Positions 6,962 to 16,155 are shown, counted from the stretch's first letter. The stretch is DNA of 45,168 nucleotides from Thermodesulfobacteriota bacterium (GCA_041082155.1 JBDOIB010000407.1:1-45168); one strand, 5' to 3'. Notes: generated by a model not told the origin, from the sequence alone. A program made the numbers and translations.

Positions 6962-8113
6962 TTGAAGTTGTTTCAGGCCGACCTCACAAGAAGGGAGTTT
7001 TTAAAATTAGGAGGAAAAACAGTCTGTTTTCTCTCCATCCCATCTCTTTTCAATCTTCCAAAAATCTCGAGAGCTCAGGGAATAAGAAAAAAGGGGTTGA
7101 TCAAGACAAAACTTTCCCCTTACTATACCCCTTTACCCGGGGGTGAGATCCAATGTGAACTCTGTCCCCATCATTGCCGTGTCTCCAAGGGTCAAAGAGG
7201 TTTCTGTCGAGTGAGAGAAAACCGCGATGGGAAATATTATAGCCTTGTCTATGGAAATCCATGCGCCATTCATCCTGATCCCATCGAAAAGAAACCCTTC
7301 TTCCATGTGCTTCCCGGGACGATCTCCTTTTCCATTGCCACAGTCGGGTGTAACTTCCAATGCAAGTTCTGTCAGAACTGGGAAATCTCCCAGGCCTCAC
7401 CGGAGGATGTCTATAATTATGACATCTCCTCTGAAATGATTGTTAAGAGTGCCAAAGAGATAGGATCTCGCTCTGTGGCTTATACCTATGTGGAACCCAC
7501 CATTTTCTATGAATATATGATCGAGGTCGCCGACCTTTCAAAAAAGGCCGGGCTCCTCAATGTGATGCACTCGAACGGCTTTATCAACCCAACTCCTCTT
7601 CGAAATCTCTGTAAGCGATTAGATGCCGCCAATATCGACCTCAAGGGTTTTACTGAAAACTTCTATCGAGAGCTCTGCAGAGGGGAGCTCCAGCCCGTTT
7701 TGGAAACTTTGAAGATCCTGAAACAGGAAGGGGTTCACCTGGAGATCACCAATCTCATTATCCCTACAAAGAATGATGATATGTCTTTAATCAAAGAGAT
7801 GTGCCTCTGGATCAAGAGGGAGTTAGGTTCTGACACACCCGTTCATTTCAGCCGTTTTTATCCTCTCTATAAACTTCGGATGCTCCCTCCCACCCCTGTG
7901 TCCACCCTGGAGAAGGCCAGGAGTGTAGCTATGGCCTCGGGTCTGGAATATGTGTATATCGGAAACGTCCCTGGGCATGAGGGAGAGCATACCTTCTGTC
8001 CAAAGTGTAAAAAGAGGGTTATTCAACGTACAGGATATATGGTGGGTGAGATTCATCTCAGGAATGGAAAATGCCAATTCTGTGGGAAACCCATTCCTGG
8101 AATCTGGTCATGA
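6962..8113 (+). CDS. AmmeMemoRadiSam-type radical SAM enzyme (PFL-activase-like) with Tat-like N-terminus and C-terminal zinc ribbon
   Basis: 383 aa. CNFQCKFCQNWEISQ motif. N-terminal DLTRREFLKLGG matches the Tat consensus. C-terminal CPKC...CQFC. TTG start preceded by GGGAG. Confidence 0.8.
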   Translation: MKLFQADLTRREFLKLGGKTVCFLSIPSLFNLPKISRAQGIRKKGLIKTKLSPYYTPLPGGEIQCELCPHHCRVSKGQRGFCRVRENRDGKYYSLVYGNPCAIHPDPIEKKPFFHVLPGTISFSIATVGCNFQCKFCQNWEISQASPEDVYNYDISSEMIVKSAKEIGSRSVAYTYVEPTIFYEYMIEVADLSKKAGLLNVMHSNGFINPTPLRNLCKRLDAANIDLKGFTENFYRELCRGELQPVLETLKILKQEGVHLEITNLIIPTKNDDMSLIKEMCLWIKRELGSDTPVHFSRFYPLYKLRMLPPTPVSTLEKARSVAMASGLEYVYIGNVPGHEGEHTFCPKCKKRVIQRTGYMVGEIHLRNGKCQFCGKPIPGIWS

Positions 8114-8289
8114 AATCAATCTCTTTTTCTTGTCCTGTTTGCGGACGAAAGAAAGAATATCGAATAGAAGAATTATTTGAAGGGGCCACCCTCCACTGTC
8201 CTTTCTGTCAGTTAACCCTGGTCCTTCATGGACATATGTGGGAGGATGTTCAGAGGGAAATACAGAAAATAAAAGACGAGGATGGATGA
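8110..8289 (+). CDS. Small zinc-ribbon protein (59 aa)
   Basis: MKSISFSCPVCGRKKEYRIEELFEGATLHCPFCQLTL... has two CxxC pairs. The ATG overlaps the preceding stop (ATGA), suggesting translational coupling. The ORF-track start at 8071 lies inside the upstream gene. Confidence 0.5.
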   Translation: MKSISFSCPVCGRKKEYRIEELFEGATLHCPFCQLTLVLHGHMWEDVQREIQKIKDEDG

Positions 8290-8290
8290 C

Positions 8291-9139
8291 CTATCCTTTC
8301 TCTCTTAAATATTCATCCACCTCCTTGGCTAACTTCACCTGTTCTTCTTCATCTAATGGGAGCCCCTTCTCCAGGCGGCAGATATAATCATCAATCTCCC
8401 GATTCTCTCTTCTTAAAGCAAGAATCTCTTCTGCCTGTGCTTTTCTTTCTCTTTCCAACCAGTCCAAATCCATCCTGAGTTGGAATCGTTGATTAAAAAA
8501 GGAAAGGACTATCTTGATGGCTTCTGGATCACTTCGCGAGGCTAAATAGAAGGGAATTTCAGGCCAGAGACTGACCGCTGGAATTCCCCTCTTCTTTGCC
8601 ACCCAAAGGAGATAGCTGCTGATCGCCGGAGGGCCTTTCCAGGTCATCGGTTCCAGTCCGAATCCCTCCAATCTCTCCTTTAACTCTTTCTGATTATACA
8701 CCGTAAGGATTCTTCGAGGAGTGGTATGGGCCATCAGGGAGATCGTTCCACTCAGGGTGTAAAGTTCCTGAATCTGAAAATGGCGTTGAGCCACCTCTAA
8801 CACAGTATTTAAAAATGAATAATGGTCAAATTCTGGTTCATCACTTTTAAAAATTAAAAGGTTAGGCCTTTTCAAAGCCCAGAATTTACTCTCCTGGAAT
8901 TGAACCAGATCTTCCTTAAATCTTACCCCTCCAAAGGAGAAGAACTTCAAGGGTTCGATCTCGGCCACTTCTTGAGCCTCGAAGGTTTCCATTAAAAAAT
9001 CGAGCACTCCGCTGGCGAGTTTACCGATATCCTGAGTTTGCCAACCTATGATGAGCGAAGGCTTTTCAAACCCTTGGGATTGATAAATTCTAACTGGGAG
9101 TTTCTCCGCCTTCCTCGCTCCCTTTTTTGTATTGTTCAT
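8291..9139 (-). CDS. PAC2 (proteasome assembly chaperone 2-like) family protein, paralogue B, with charged coiled-coil-like C-terminal tail
   Basis: VRIYQSQGFEKPSLIIGWQT aligns with VRLYHRPDFRNPMMFVGWPG of the upstream paralogue. The start is ambiguous. ATG 9139 fits the alignment and overlaps the upstream gene by 50 nt. ATG 9208 has a better GAAGGAGG RBS and overlaps by 119 nt. Confidence 0.6.
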   Translation of the reverse strand: MNNTKKGARKAEKLPVRIYQSQGFEKPSLIIGWQTQDIGKLASGVLDFLMETFEAQEVAEIEPLKFFSFGGVRFKEDLVQFQESKFWALKRPNLLIFKSDEPEFDHYSFLNTVLEVAQRHFQIQELYTLSGTISLMAHTTPRRILTVYNQKELKERLEGFGLEPMTWKGPPAISSYLLWVAKKRGIPAVSLWPEIPFYLASRSDPEAIKIVLSFFNQRFQLRMDLDWLERERKAQAEEILALRRENREIDDYICRLEKGLPLDEEEQVKLAKEVDEYLREKG

Positions 9140-9998
9140 CGATATAGATCTGGGCTTGGATGGTGATGGTTCCGGGTCGGGTCTGGAAAATCGTTTTTCT
9201 TTGGTCATACTCCTCCTTCATCTCTTTTGGGAATTTGGCATAGAAACTTTCGACGATCTCCTCAACCTGTCTCTCAGACTCATCCAGGATGTGAAGGTCG
9301 ATTTCAATTCCTAAGATTTGAGCAAAGACTTCGAGGACGGATCTTGAGGCCTTTGGGTATGGAAAAGCCGCTCCCGAGAGCCAATCCGGAATCTCCCCCA
9401 TCAGACAGGCTCCCTCCATTCCTCGGGATTTGGCTACCCCCAGGAGCAGTCCATTTAATCCTGTAATGACTCCCTCTCCATCTCGTCTCTCTCCCAGTTC
9501 ACTCATCACAATCGTATTGGAATATTGTTTGACCTCCTGAAGCACCTCTTTTGAGGTCGCCACTGCACAGACCCTTGGTTTCATTTGATGATGGATTGGA
9601 GAGACACAGGCCCCGGAGGTATAAATTCTTCGACAACCGAACTCCGAGGCTACATCCAATACAAGATTTGCCATTTGGTAGGCCTTCTCTCCCCGAGCAT
9701 ACATTCTGCCTCCTTCCGAAGGTTGCTCCTCTCCAATAAAAAACAGCACGTCCTTTTCTCCCACTCGTTGATAAAAGAATTTGCTGGAAGGAAATTCTAA
9801 GTCAACCAGAAGGCCCTCCTCAATGACCACTCTTTTTGGATAGAAGAAATGGAGACTCTCAATCTCTCCTAAGGCTTTCGCCCGCAGGATCTCCTTCAGG
9901 GTACTGACCGCAATGATCCCAATATTCCCGATTCCAGGCCAACCCACAAACATCATGGGATTTCGAAAATCAGGCCGATGATAGAGTCTTACGGTCAT
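9090..9998 (-). CDS. PAC2 family protein, paralogue A
   Basis: MTVRLYHRPDFRNPMMFVGWPGIGNIGIIA... is the typical PAC2 N-terminus. ATG 9998 has a GAGAGGA RBS 7 nt upstream, whereas the track start at 10043 adds an unlikely 15 aa. Confidence 0.7.
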   Translation of the reverse strand: MTVRLYHRPDFRNPMMFVGWPGIGNIGIIAVSTLKEILRAKALGEIESLHFFYPKRVVIEEGLLVDLEFPSSKFFYQRVGEKDVLFFIGEEQPSEGGRMYARGEKAYQMANLVLDVASEFGCRRIYTSGACVSPIHHQMKPRVCAVATSKEVLQEVKQYSNTIVMSELGERRDGEGVITGLNGLLLGVAKSRGMEGACLMGEIPDWLSGAAFPYPKASRSVLEVFAQILGIEIDLHILDESERQVEEIVESFYAKFPKEMKEEYDQRKTIFQTRPGTITIQAQIYIDEQYKKGSEEGGETPS

Positions 9999-10050
9999 CT
10001 TTTTATCCTCTCTTCTATGGAATCGAACAGAAAAAAAAAGCAAATGAGGG

Positions 10051-10527
10051 TTACCCCGTTGTTTCGCCCCGGCGATAGAATTCAGAGATTTGAGGAATGA
10101 GTCTCTTCGCCCTTGAACTTCTCTCGATCTCCCCGATCTTGCTTAGATATTGGCTGATCGCTTCAAGAAAGACTTGAACGGTAGCGGGAGGGCAATGAAG
10201 TTTGACAGGAGGGATCTCCCCGAGCTCCCCTTCAATCATTTCAATGAGTCTTTGAATCACCTCGGGATCACTTCCCTCAAAAAGCTCATCAATCTTTTTT
10301 CCCTTAATCTTCTCAGTGAATACCGAAGCAGAAGCAATGGTGACTGCACAGCCGAAGGATAAGAATTTGGCATCTTCAATCACCCCATTATGAATCCTCA
10401 GGTAGAGATGGGTGGTATCTCCACATACCGGATTTTCAATGCTTCCCATTCCCTCAGGGTTCTCCATCTCTCCCACATTGAGCGGATTTCGGAAATGCTG
10501 TTTAATTTGATCTGATAGCTCTAACAT
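10051..10527 (-). CDS. NifU/IscU-like Fe-S cluster scaffold protein
   Basis: 158 aa with the three scaffold Cys contexts NPVCGD, SFGCAVTIAS and PPVKLHC. Confidence 0.85.
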   Translation of the reverse strand: MLELSDQIKQHFRNPLNVGEMENPEGMGSIENPVCGDTTHLYLRIHNGVIEDAKFLSFGCAVTIASASVFTEKIKGKKIDELFEGSDPEVIQRLIEMIEGELGEIPPVKLHCPPATVQVFLEAISQYLSKIGEIERSSRAKRLIPQISEFYRRGETTG

Positions 10528-10591
10528 CCTTCGCCCTTTCTTCTCTCATTTTAGAAGACTCCGATAAAAAACTCAAGGGGATGAGAACCTT

Positions 10592-12553
10592 TCATTCAAA
10601 TTTTTTGAATTTGATCTGCTCTTTTATGGATTCATTATCTCTTAATAACTTTTCATTGTGCTCCTGAGCAAATTGGAGAAGCTCTTCCTGTTGGATTTCA
10701 AAAGATTGACAATCCAAGGGGATTTTCTCTTCCGGGTCATTTTTTAAATCGAAGGCCCAGCATCGATTCTTTTTTGCCGAATATTGAACCTTGATGAGAT
10801 CCTGATTTAATGACGAAAGAGTCCCCTCATGGCCATAGAAAAAGAGGTATTTTCGATGGAGTCGATTCTGAAATAACGATTCCCCATCGAAAAGAGATGG
10901 ATCGTAAGGAATCTTCAGGGCGTCCAAAAGAGTGGGCAAGAGGTCAACATGGCTGGTCGGAAATTCTATCTCCCTTGATGGAAATAGAGCGGGCTGATAG
11001 AAAAAAGCGGGAGTCTCCAGGTTCTCATTATAACTATACCGATAATGCATAAAGTTATCAGGATGATGTTGACCGAAGGCCTGGCCATGATCTCCCAGGA
11101 CCACCAGGATCGTTCGTTCCAACAAACCTGTTTCTTTTAAAACCCCAACTATCTTCCTCAAAAGATGGTCTAACAAGTAAAGATTGTTATAATATCGACT
11201 GATCATTTTTCCATCCAAACCTCTGATTCTGAATTTCTCACCATAGTCAAAGTAAGGAAGATGGGCTACGAAACTGATGTAAATCCCTAAAAAAGGTTCC
11301 CTCCCCTTCTTTACCCTTTGGGTGAAAAAGTCAAAGGTCTCCAGTTCATCTCTCCCGAGATAACGTCCCAAGGTATGCTTCTCTTCTCTTATCTTGAAAT
11401 GGAGATTCCCAAAATGATGGATCTCTTTGAGACCATTATTCTTTACAAAAGGCTCTGGGAAATACCATGGGACCGGGGAAGGAGTCACCAGGAAGGAATC
11501 ATATCCCTTTCCCAAAAATATTTGAAGGGAGGGGATGGATGCATCGGGTCGCGTTCCAAAGTGGTTTTGGCGAAAAAAATCGTACCGGCCGCTAAGGATA
11601 GAGAAGATGGCCTTTGGACTAATATTCGAAGTTGTAAAATGCCTTTTCAGGTACCACCCTTCTTTGGTGAGTTGATATAAAAAAGGCATGGGTATCGGTT
11701 TTCCATCCTGATGATCAAACATATATCGGGTTCCAACAGATTCCATAATAAAAAGAAGGATATTCCAAGGACGTTCTTTTTTAGGTGGGATGAGTTGGAT
11801 AGGCTCGAATGAATTTCCGGGTCGGCTCTCATGAATCACTAAATTTGTTTTTTTTTCTATCCCCCCTTCGATTCTTCTTGTCAGAAAGGAGGTTTGAATT
11901 TTATCTCGAACTACATCAGAGAGAAGGAAAATTACGGGATTGTATCGGATCTCTAATGGGAGCATGGATTTTTGAGGGGTGAATAAAAACATGGGTAAGG
12001 AAACCACGAAACAAAGCAACATCCCTCCCAGTGAGATTCTGGCCACCCATCTCCAAACCGAGGAAGAAAGGAGTAAAAGGATCCAAAATATAAAAAAAGG
12101 AATCGTCAAGAAGGGAAGATCTTTAAATTGAATAAATGTGAAAAGATCTACGAAAGAAAGATTTAAGAAGGCCTCTTTAAGAGTCCAGGCGGTGAGGCCC
12201 GTTTGAGCATCAAAAAGTAATCGTAGGTGAGCCCCGTGGGTGAGAAGAAAACAGAGAAGAAGAGAGTGAATTAAGATGAGCCCCGAGCTTAGGCCGATCC
12301 ATTTTCCCTTCCCTTTGGAAACTCTCCTCCAAAGGAAAGAGGCCCCCCATGAAAGAAAGAAACCAAAGGGAATCAGGAGCATATCGTAAAAAAGGAGAAA
12401 AAGGACAAATCGAAAAGGGTTGATGCAGGGATGATAATCAAAGGGCTTGATGGGACTCTTGAAAAGTCCAAAGGTCAGTTGGAGGCGATAGGTGAAAGCA
12501 ATCGTTAAGATCGAGAGGGAGAAAATCAACGGAACTCTTTTTGGAGAGAACAT
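10592..12553 (-). CDS. Membrane-anchored sulfatase/LtaS-family (alkaline-phosphatase superfamily) transferase
   Basis: 653 aa. The N-terminal region of about 200 aa is polytopic. The catalytic-domain motifs are LFIMESVGTRY (Thr-type nucleophile context rather than the C/SxPxR of true sulfatases) and VVLGDHGQAFGQHH. Confidence 0.75.
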   Translation of the reverse strand: MFSPKRVPLIFSLSILTIAFTYRLQLTFGLFKSPIKPFDYHPCINPFRFVLFLLFYDMLLIPFGFFLSWGASFLWRRVSKGKGKWIGLSSGLILIHSLLLCFLLTHGAHLRLLFDAQTGLTAWTLKEAFLNLSFVDLFTFIQFKDLPFLTIPFFIFWILLLLSSSVWRWVARISLGGMLLCFVVSLPMFLFTPQKSMLPLEIRYNPVIFLLSDVVRDKIQTSFLTRRIEGGIEKKTNLVIHESRPGNSFEPIQLIPPKKERPWNILLFIMESVGTRYMFDHQDGKPIPMPFLYQLTKEGWYLKRHFTTSNISPKAIFSILSGRYDFFRQNHFGTRPDASIPSLQIFLGKGYDSFLVTPSPVPWYFPEPFVKNNGLKEIHHFGNLHFKIREEKHTLGRYLGRDELETFDFFTQRVKKGREPFLGIYISFVAHLPYFDYGEKFRIRGLDGKMISRYYNNLYLLDHLLRKIVGVLKETGLLERTILVVLGDHGQAFGQHHPDNFMHYRYSYNENLETPAFFYQPALFPSREIEFPTSHVDLLPTLLDALKIPYDPSLFDGESLFQNRLHRKYLFFYGHEGTLSSLNQDLIKVQYSAKKNRCWAFDLKNDPEEKIPLDCQSFEIQQEELLQFAQEHNEKLLRDNESIKEQIKFKKFE

Positions 12554-12582
12554 GAAAAGGCCTCAAATACGAGCTTATTCTA

Positions 12583-13998
12583 TTAGGTTCTATGGATTTT
12601 GAATTCCTTTACATCGATCCGGTGCTTTTGAATGAGGTTTTGAAGCTGCCTCCGATCCATCCTTACATCGATAGCCGTTTTTGACACATTCCCGCGGTTT
12701 CTCATCAAAGCTTCTCTCAAGAAGGCCCGTTCGATCTCCTCTTCTGCCCTCTTTTTTAGATACCTTTTCATCCTCTTCAATTCTTCGTAATCCTTTGGAA
12801 TGGTCGCCAGCCCCTCCACTCTTTCCCCCCGGACCTCCGGAGGAAGGTCTCCTAATTCAATCCGATTGGAACGGGCTAAGAGAATGGCTCGAAGAATGCA
12901 GTTTTCAAGTTCTCGGACATTTCCAGGCCAACTATACTGTTCCAGGGCCTTGAGGGCCTTTTCAGAAATCTCCATCGACCTCCCTTTTGCCTCTTTTCGA
13001 TACTTCTCAAGAAAGTGAGAGACTAAAAGGGGGATATCCTTCTTCCGTTCTCTGAGCGGAGGGAGTTTAAAGGAAATCACGTTCAATCGATAGAAGAGAT
13101 CCTCACGAAACTCTCCCACCTCGACCAAGCTTTTTAAATCTCGGTTAGTAGCTGTAATGACTCGGACATCCACCTCAATCTCTTCTGTTCCCCCTACTCT
13201 CATAAACCGATAACCTTCAATCGCTCTCAGAATCTTGACTTGAAGCTCCTTAGGCATCTCCCCGATTTCATCTAAAAAGAGGGTCCCCTGATGAGCCAGT
13301 TCGAAACTCCCAATCTTTCTTCGGCTCGCACCTGTGAAGGCTCCTTTTTCATGCCCAAAGAGTTCACTTTCGAGGAGCTCTTTGGGAATGGCCGAACAAT
13401 TGATGGGAATAAAGGGAGATCCTGCCCTCTGACTGTTCAAATGGATGGCTCGAGCGACCAACTCTTTACCCGTCCCGCTTTCTCCTTCCAGAAGAATGGT
13501 CGCTTTACTGTCAGCGACCTGGCGGACCATCCCCAAAATCTCTAACATCTTTGGATCCTGAGTGATAATGTTATCCACCCCATAGAGAGATTTGATCTCT
13601 TCTTTGAGATGACGAATCTCACTAAGAAGAGTGGTCTCACGGAGAGCCCTCTCGATGACCAACTCCACCTCTTCCATTTTGATGGGTTTAAGGAGATAAT
13701 CAAAAGCGCCCTCCTTCATGGCATGAACCGCAGATTCAACCGTTCCATAGGCCGTAAACAGAACCACCGGGAGTTCTGGTCGAATCTGTTTGGCCTCCCT
13801 GAGAAGGGTTATCCCATCGACCTGGGGCATCCTTAAATCCGTGAGCAATAGATGGATCTCCTTCTCTTCATCCTTTATCATCCGAAGGGCTTCTTCTCCG
13901 TCTTTCGCCATCAGGAGATGATATTGATCCTGGAGGTTCACCTCCAAGATTCGTCTCATCCTCTCTTCATCTTCTGCGATGAGAATGGTCTTCTTCAT
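12583..13998 (-). CDS. Sigma54-dependent response regulator (NtrC family: REC + AAA+ + Fis-type HTH)
   Basis: 471 aa with DLRMP receiver, GESGTGKE Walker A, the GAFTGA sigma54-contact loop and a C-terminal HTH. Confidence 0.9.
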   Translation of the reverse strand: MKKTILIAEDEERMRRILEVNLQDQYHLLMAKDGEEALRMIKDEEKEIHLLLTDLRMPQVDGITLLREAKQIRPELPVVLFTAYGTVESAVHAMKEGAFDYLLKPIKMEEVELVIERALRETTLLSEIRHLKEEIKSLYGVDNIITQDPKMLEILGMVRQVADSKATILLEGESGTGKELVARAIHLNSQRAGSPFIPINCSAIPKELLESELFGHEKGAFTGASRRKIGSFELAHQGTLFLDEIGEMPKELQVKILRAIEGYRFMRVGGTEEIEVDVRVITATNRDLKSLVEVGEFREDLFYRLNVISFKLPPLRERKKDIPLLVSHFLEKYRKEAKGRSMEISEKALKALEQYSWPGNVRELENCILRAILLARSNRIELGDLPPEVRGERVEGLATIPKDYEELKRMKRYLKKRAEEEIERAFLREALMRNRGNVSKTAIDVRMDRRQLQNLIQKHRIDVKEFKIHRT

Positions 13999-16114
13999 TT
14001 CTTTGAGTCTCTCTTATGGGAAGGCGAATGGTGAAGGTGGTTCCACCTTTCTCTCCATCCTCCACTTCGATCCCTCCTCCATGCTCGCTAATAATTCGCT
14101 GGGCGATGGCCAATCCTAAACCAGTTCCTCTTTCTTTAGTCGTAAAGAAAGGATCAAAAATTCTTCCTCGAATCTCCTTTGGAATCCCTTTTCCCGTATC
14201 GCTGAATTGAATGAGTACTCTTCCCTGACCATTGTCCCGAATTTTGACTTTAAGGATCCCTCCATCGGGCATCGCCTCCAGAGCATTAACTCCAATATTC
14301 ATAAAGGCTTGTCTCATCTGTTCCGGATCCACCTTTAAAAAGAGAGGATCCTTTGGAACCTCGGTTTTAACCTCTATCCCCAAGCGATGGGCCTGAGGGG
14401 AAAGCAGAAGCAGGGTCTTCTCCAAAACCTCTCGAAGATCCACAAGCTCCCATCTGGTCTCCTTGGGCCGGGCAAGGTCTAAAAAGTTATTGATCAATTG
14501 GTTGATTCTCTGGGACTCTTCCAGAATATAATCGGTCATTTCCATTTGAATCTTTTCATCTTTATATTTCCGAAGGGTCTCGGCTGAGGCCGTGATGATC
14601 CCCAATGGATTCCGGATCTCATGGGCAATTCCTGAGGCTAGCTCCCCAATCGCCACCATCTTTTCAGCCTGCATAATCTGTCGATCTTTTAAACTCATGT
14701 CGCGATAAATAAGAGCCCTTGAAATTCCAAGGGAGATCTGATTGGAAAATGCCTCCAAAAGTTCTAACTCTTCGATGGTATAGTCCTTTTGGGTCTTCTT
14801 TTCCCCTAAAAGAAGGAATCCCTGGATTTTCTCTCTCAAAAAGAGAGGGACCCCCACAACCCATCCTCTTTCGATCAATTCCTGGATCTCTTCGATCTTC
14901 CCTTCTTTCTCATGAAGATGTCTTAGGTCAACGGCCCTTTTATGAGAGGCTAAAAGAGTCACTAAAGGACTTTCGAAGGAAAATCTTTTCTCCCTTTCCT
15001 TAGCCTCCTCATGAATTGGCGTAAACTCTCCTCTCTCATTTAGAAGATAGAAATGAACTTCATCCAGATGGAAGGCCTCCCGGATGGTCTCACAGGTGAC
15101 TCGGACAATCTCCTTAAGGTCTAATAGCTCGGTAAGAAGACGGCCAAATTCAGCCAGCTTCGTTCGAAATCTTATCCTATCCATGTAGAAAAAATGGTCG
15201 ATCCAATCGGCCACCCTTCTCTGGACGGGACGGAAGATAAAGACCAAGAGGAGGATGAGAGCGGATTCAACAAAGAGGGATTTTCCATAGGCCTTATGAG
15301 AGATCGTCTCCCCAATGTTTTTAATGATAAGAATATAGATGGCCAATACAAACCCTGAGACAGCTGAGTAAAGGAGACCTCCCCGAATGAGGAGATGGAT
15401 ATCCAACAGCCTATATTTAATGAGGGCAATGGCAAAGAAGAGGCTCACCAAAATGGAATAAAGGCTTGCCAAGAAAAAGAGAGGCCAGCCCAATTTTAAA
15501 AAATAATTGGTGAGGTTAATAGTCGTTCCTGCCAGGGCCATGGAAAGGATTCCGAAGATAAGATATTTGATTTGGAGACGATACTGTGGAATTCGAGTGG
15601 AGCGGAAGGAGTGAATCAAATTTCTGATCCCCCAATAGATACAAATGGCTGAAAAGAGGGTGGTTAATCCAAGAAACACTAAAAAGACCAAAGGCTCCTC
15701 AAAACGTAACCCATAATAGAAGACATCCCGCAATTCTTTAAATCTCTCGATATCGATCCGAAACGTCAGGAAAAAGGTGATTAAAAGGCTCATTGGAATG
15801 AGGAAAAGGAGCCCACGCCTCCACCCCTTTCGCCACTCCGTTTCCCGTGGAAAAGGAAACACGAAAGAGAACTGCAAAAAAAAGAATGGAGCCAGGGTCA
15901 AACCCACAAAGATGATTTTTACTCCAAAAATGGCATAGGAGGGCTGGGTGCTATTGATCATAATGAGTTCGCCCAAATTCCAGGTGGCAAACGAAAGGAC
16001 AAAACCAGCGAAGAGACGGTGGGTAATGGCCTTTGGTCTGCTGGAAAGAACGATCAGACATAAGGTGAAGTTCATGGCAAAGGCCAGAGCAGCGGGAAGG
16101 GCTAAAATATTCAC
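13967..16114 (-). CDS. Sensor histidine kinase (multi-TM N-terminal sensor + GAF-like + HisKA + HATPase)
   Basis: 715 aa with about 7 N-terminal TM helices, an H-box GIAHEIRNPL and G-boxes DTGKGIP / GTGLGLAI. GTG start. Overlaps the regulator gene by 32 nt. Confidence 0.85.
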   Translation of the reverse strand: MNILALPAALAFAMNFTLCLIVLSSRPKAITHRLFAGFVLSFATWNLGELIMINSTQPSYAIFGVKIIFVGLTLAPFFFLQFSFVFPFPRETEWRKGWRRGLLFLIPMSLLITFFLTFRIDIERFKELRDVFYYGLRFEEPLVFLVFLGLTTLFSAICIYWGIRNLIHSFRSTRIPQYRLQIKYLIFGILSMALAGTTINLTNYFLKLGWPLFFLASLYSILVSLFFAIALIKYRLLDIHLLIRGGLLYSAVSGFVLAIYILIIKNIGETISHKAYGKSLFVESALILLLVFIFRPVQRRVADWIDHFFYMDRIRFRTKLAEFGRLLTELLDLKEIVRVTCETIREAFHLDEVHFYLLNERGEFTPIHEEAKEREKRFSFESPLVTLLASHKRAVDLRHLHEKEGKIEEIQELIERGWVVGVPLFLREKIQGFLLLGEKKTQKDYTIEELELLEAFSNQISLGISRALIYRDMSLKDRQIMQAEKMVAIGELASGIAHEIRNPLGIITASAETLRKYKDEKIQMEMTDYILEESQRINQLINNFLDLARPKETRWELVDLREVLEKTLLLLSPQAHRLGIEVKTEVPKDPLFLKVDPEQMRQAFMNIGVNALEAMPDGGILKVKIRDNGQGRVLIQFSDTGKGIPKEIRGRIFDPFFTTKERGTGLGLAIAQRIISEHGGGIEVEDGEKGGTTFTIRLPIRETQRNEEDHSHRRR

Positions 16115-16155
16115 ACAAAACTCTCTTTTAAAGTTTTAAATTTTTTTATATTATG

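Noticed and set aside
8071-8109. Upstream extension of the zinc-ribbon ORF (ORF-track start at 8071)
   Set aside because: This part lies within the 3' end of the radical-SAM gene in another frame. The ATGA-coupled start at 8110 gives a compact zinc-ribbon protein.
12645-12659. Sigma54-like TGGATCggaggCAGC (minus strand) about 90 nt upstream of the LtaS-like gene
   Set aside because: The spacing is right, but the -12 box is poor (CAGC instead of TTGC). It also lies inside the coding sequence of the regulator gene, so the support is insufficient.
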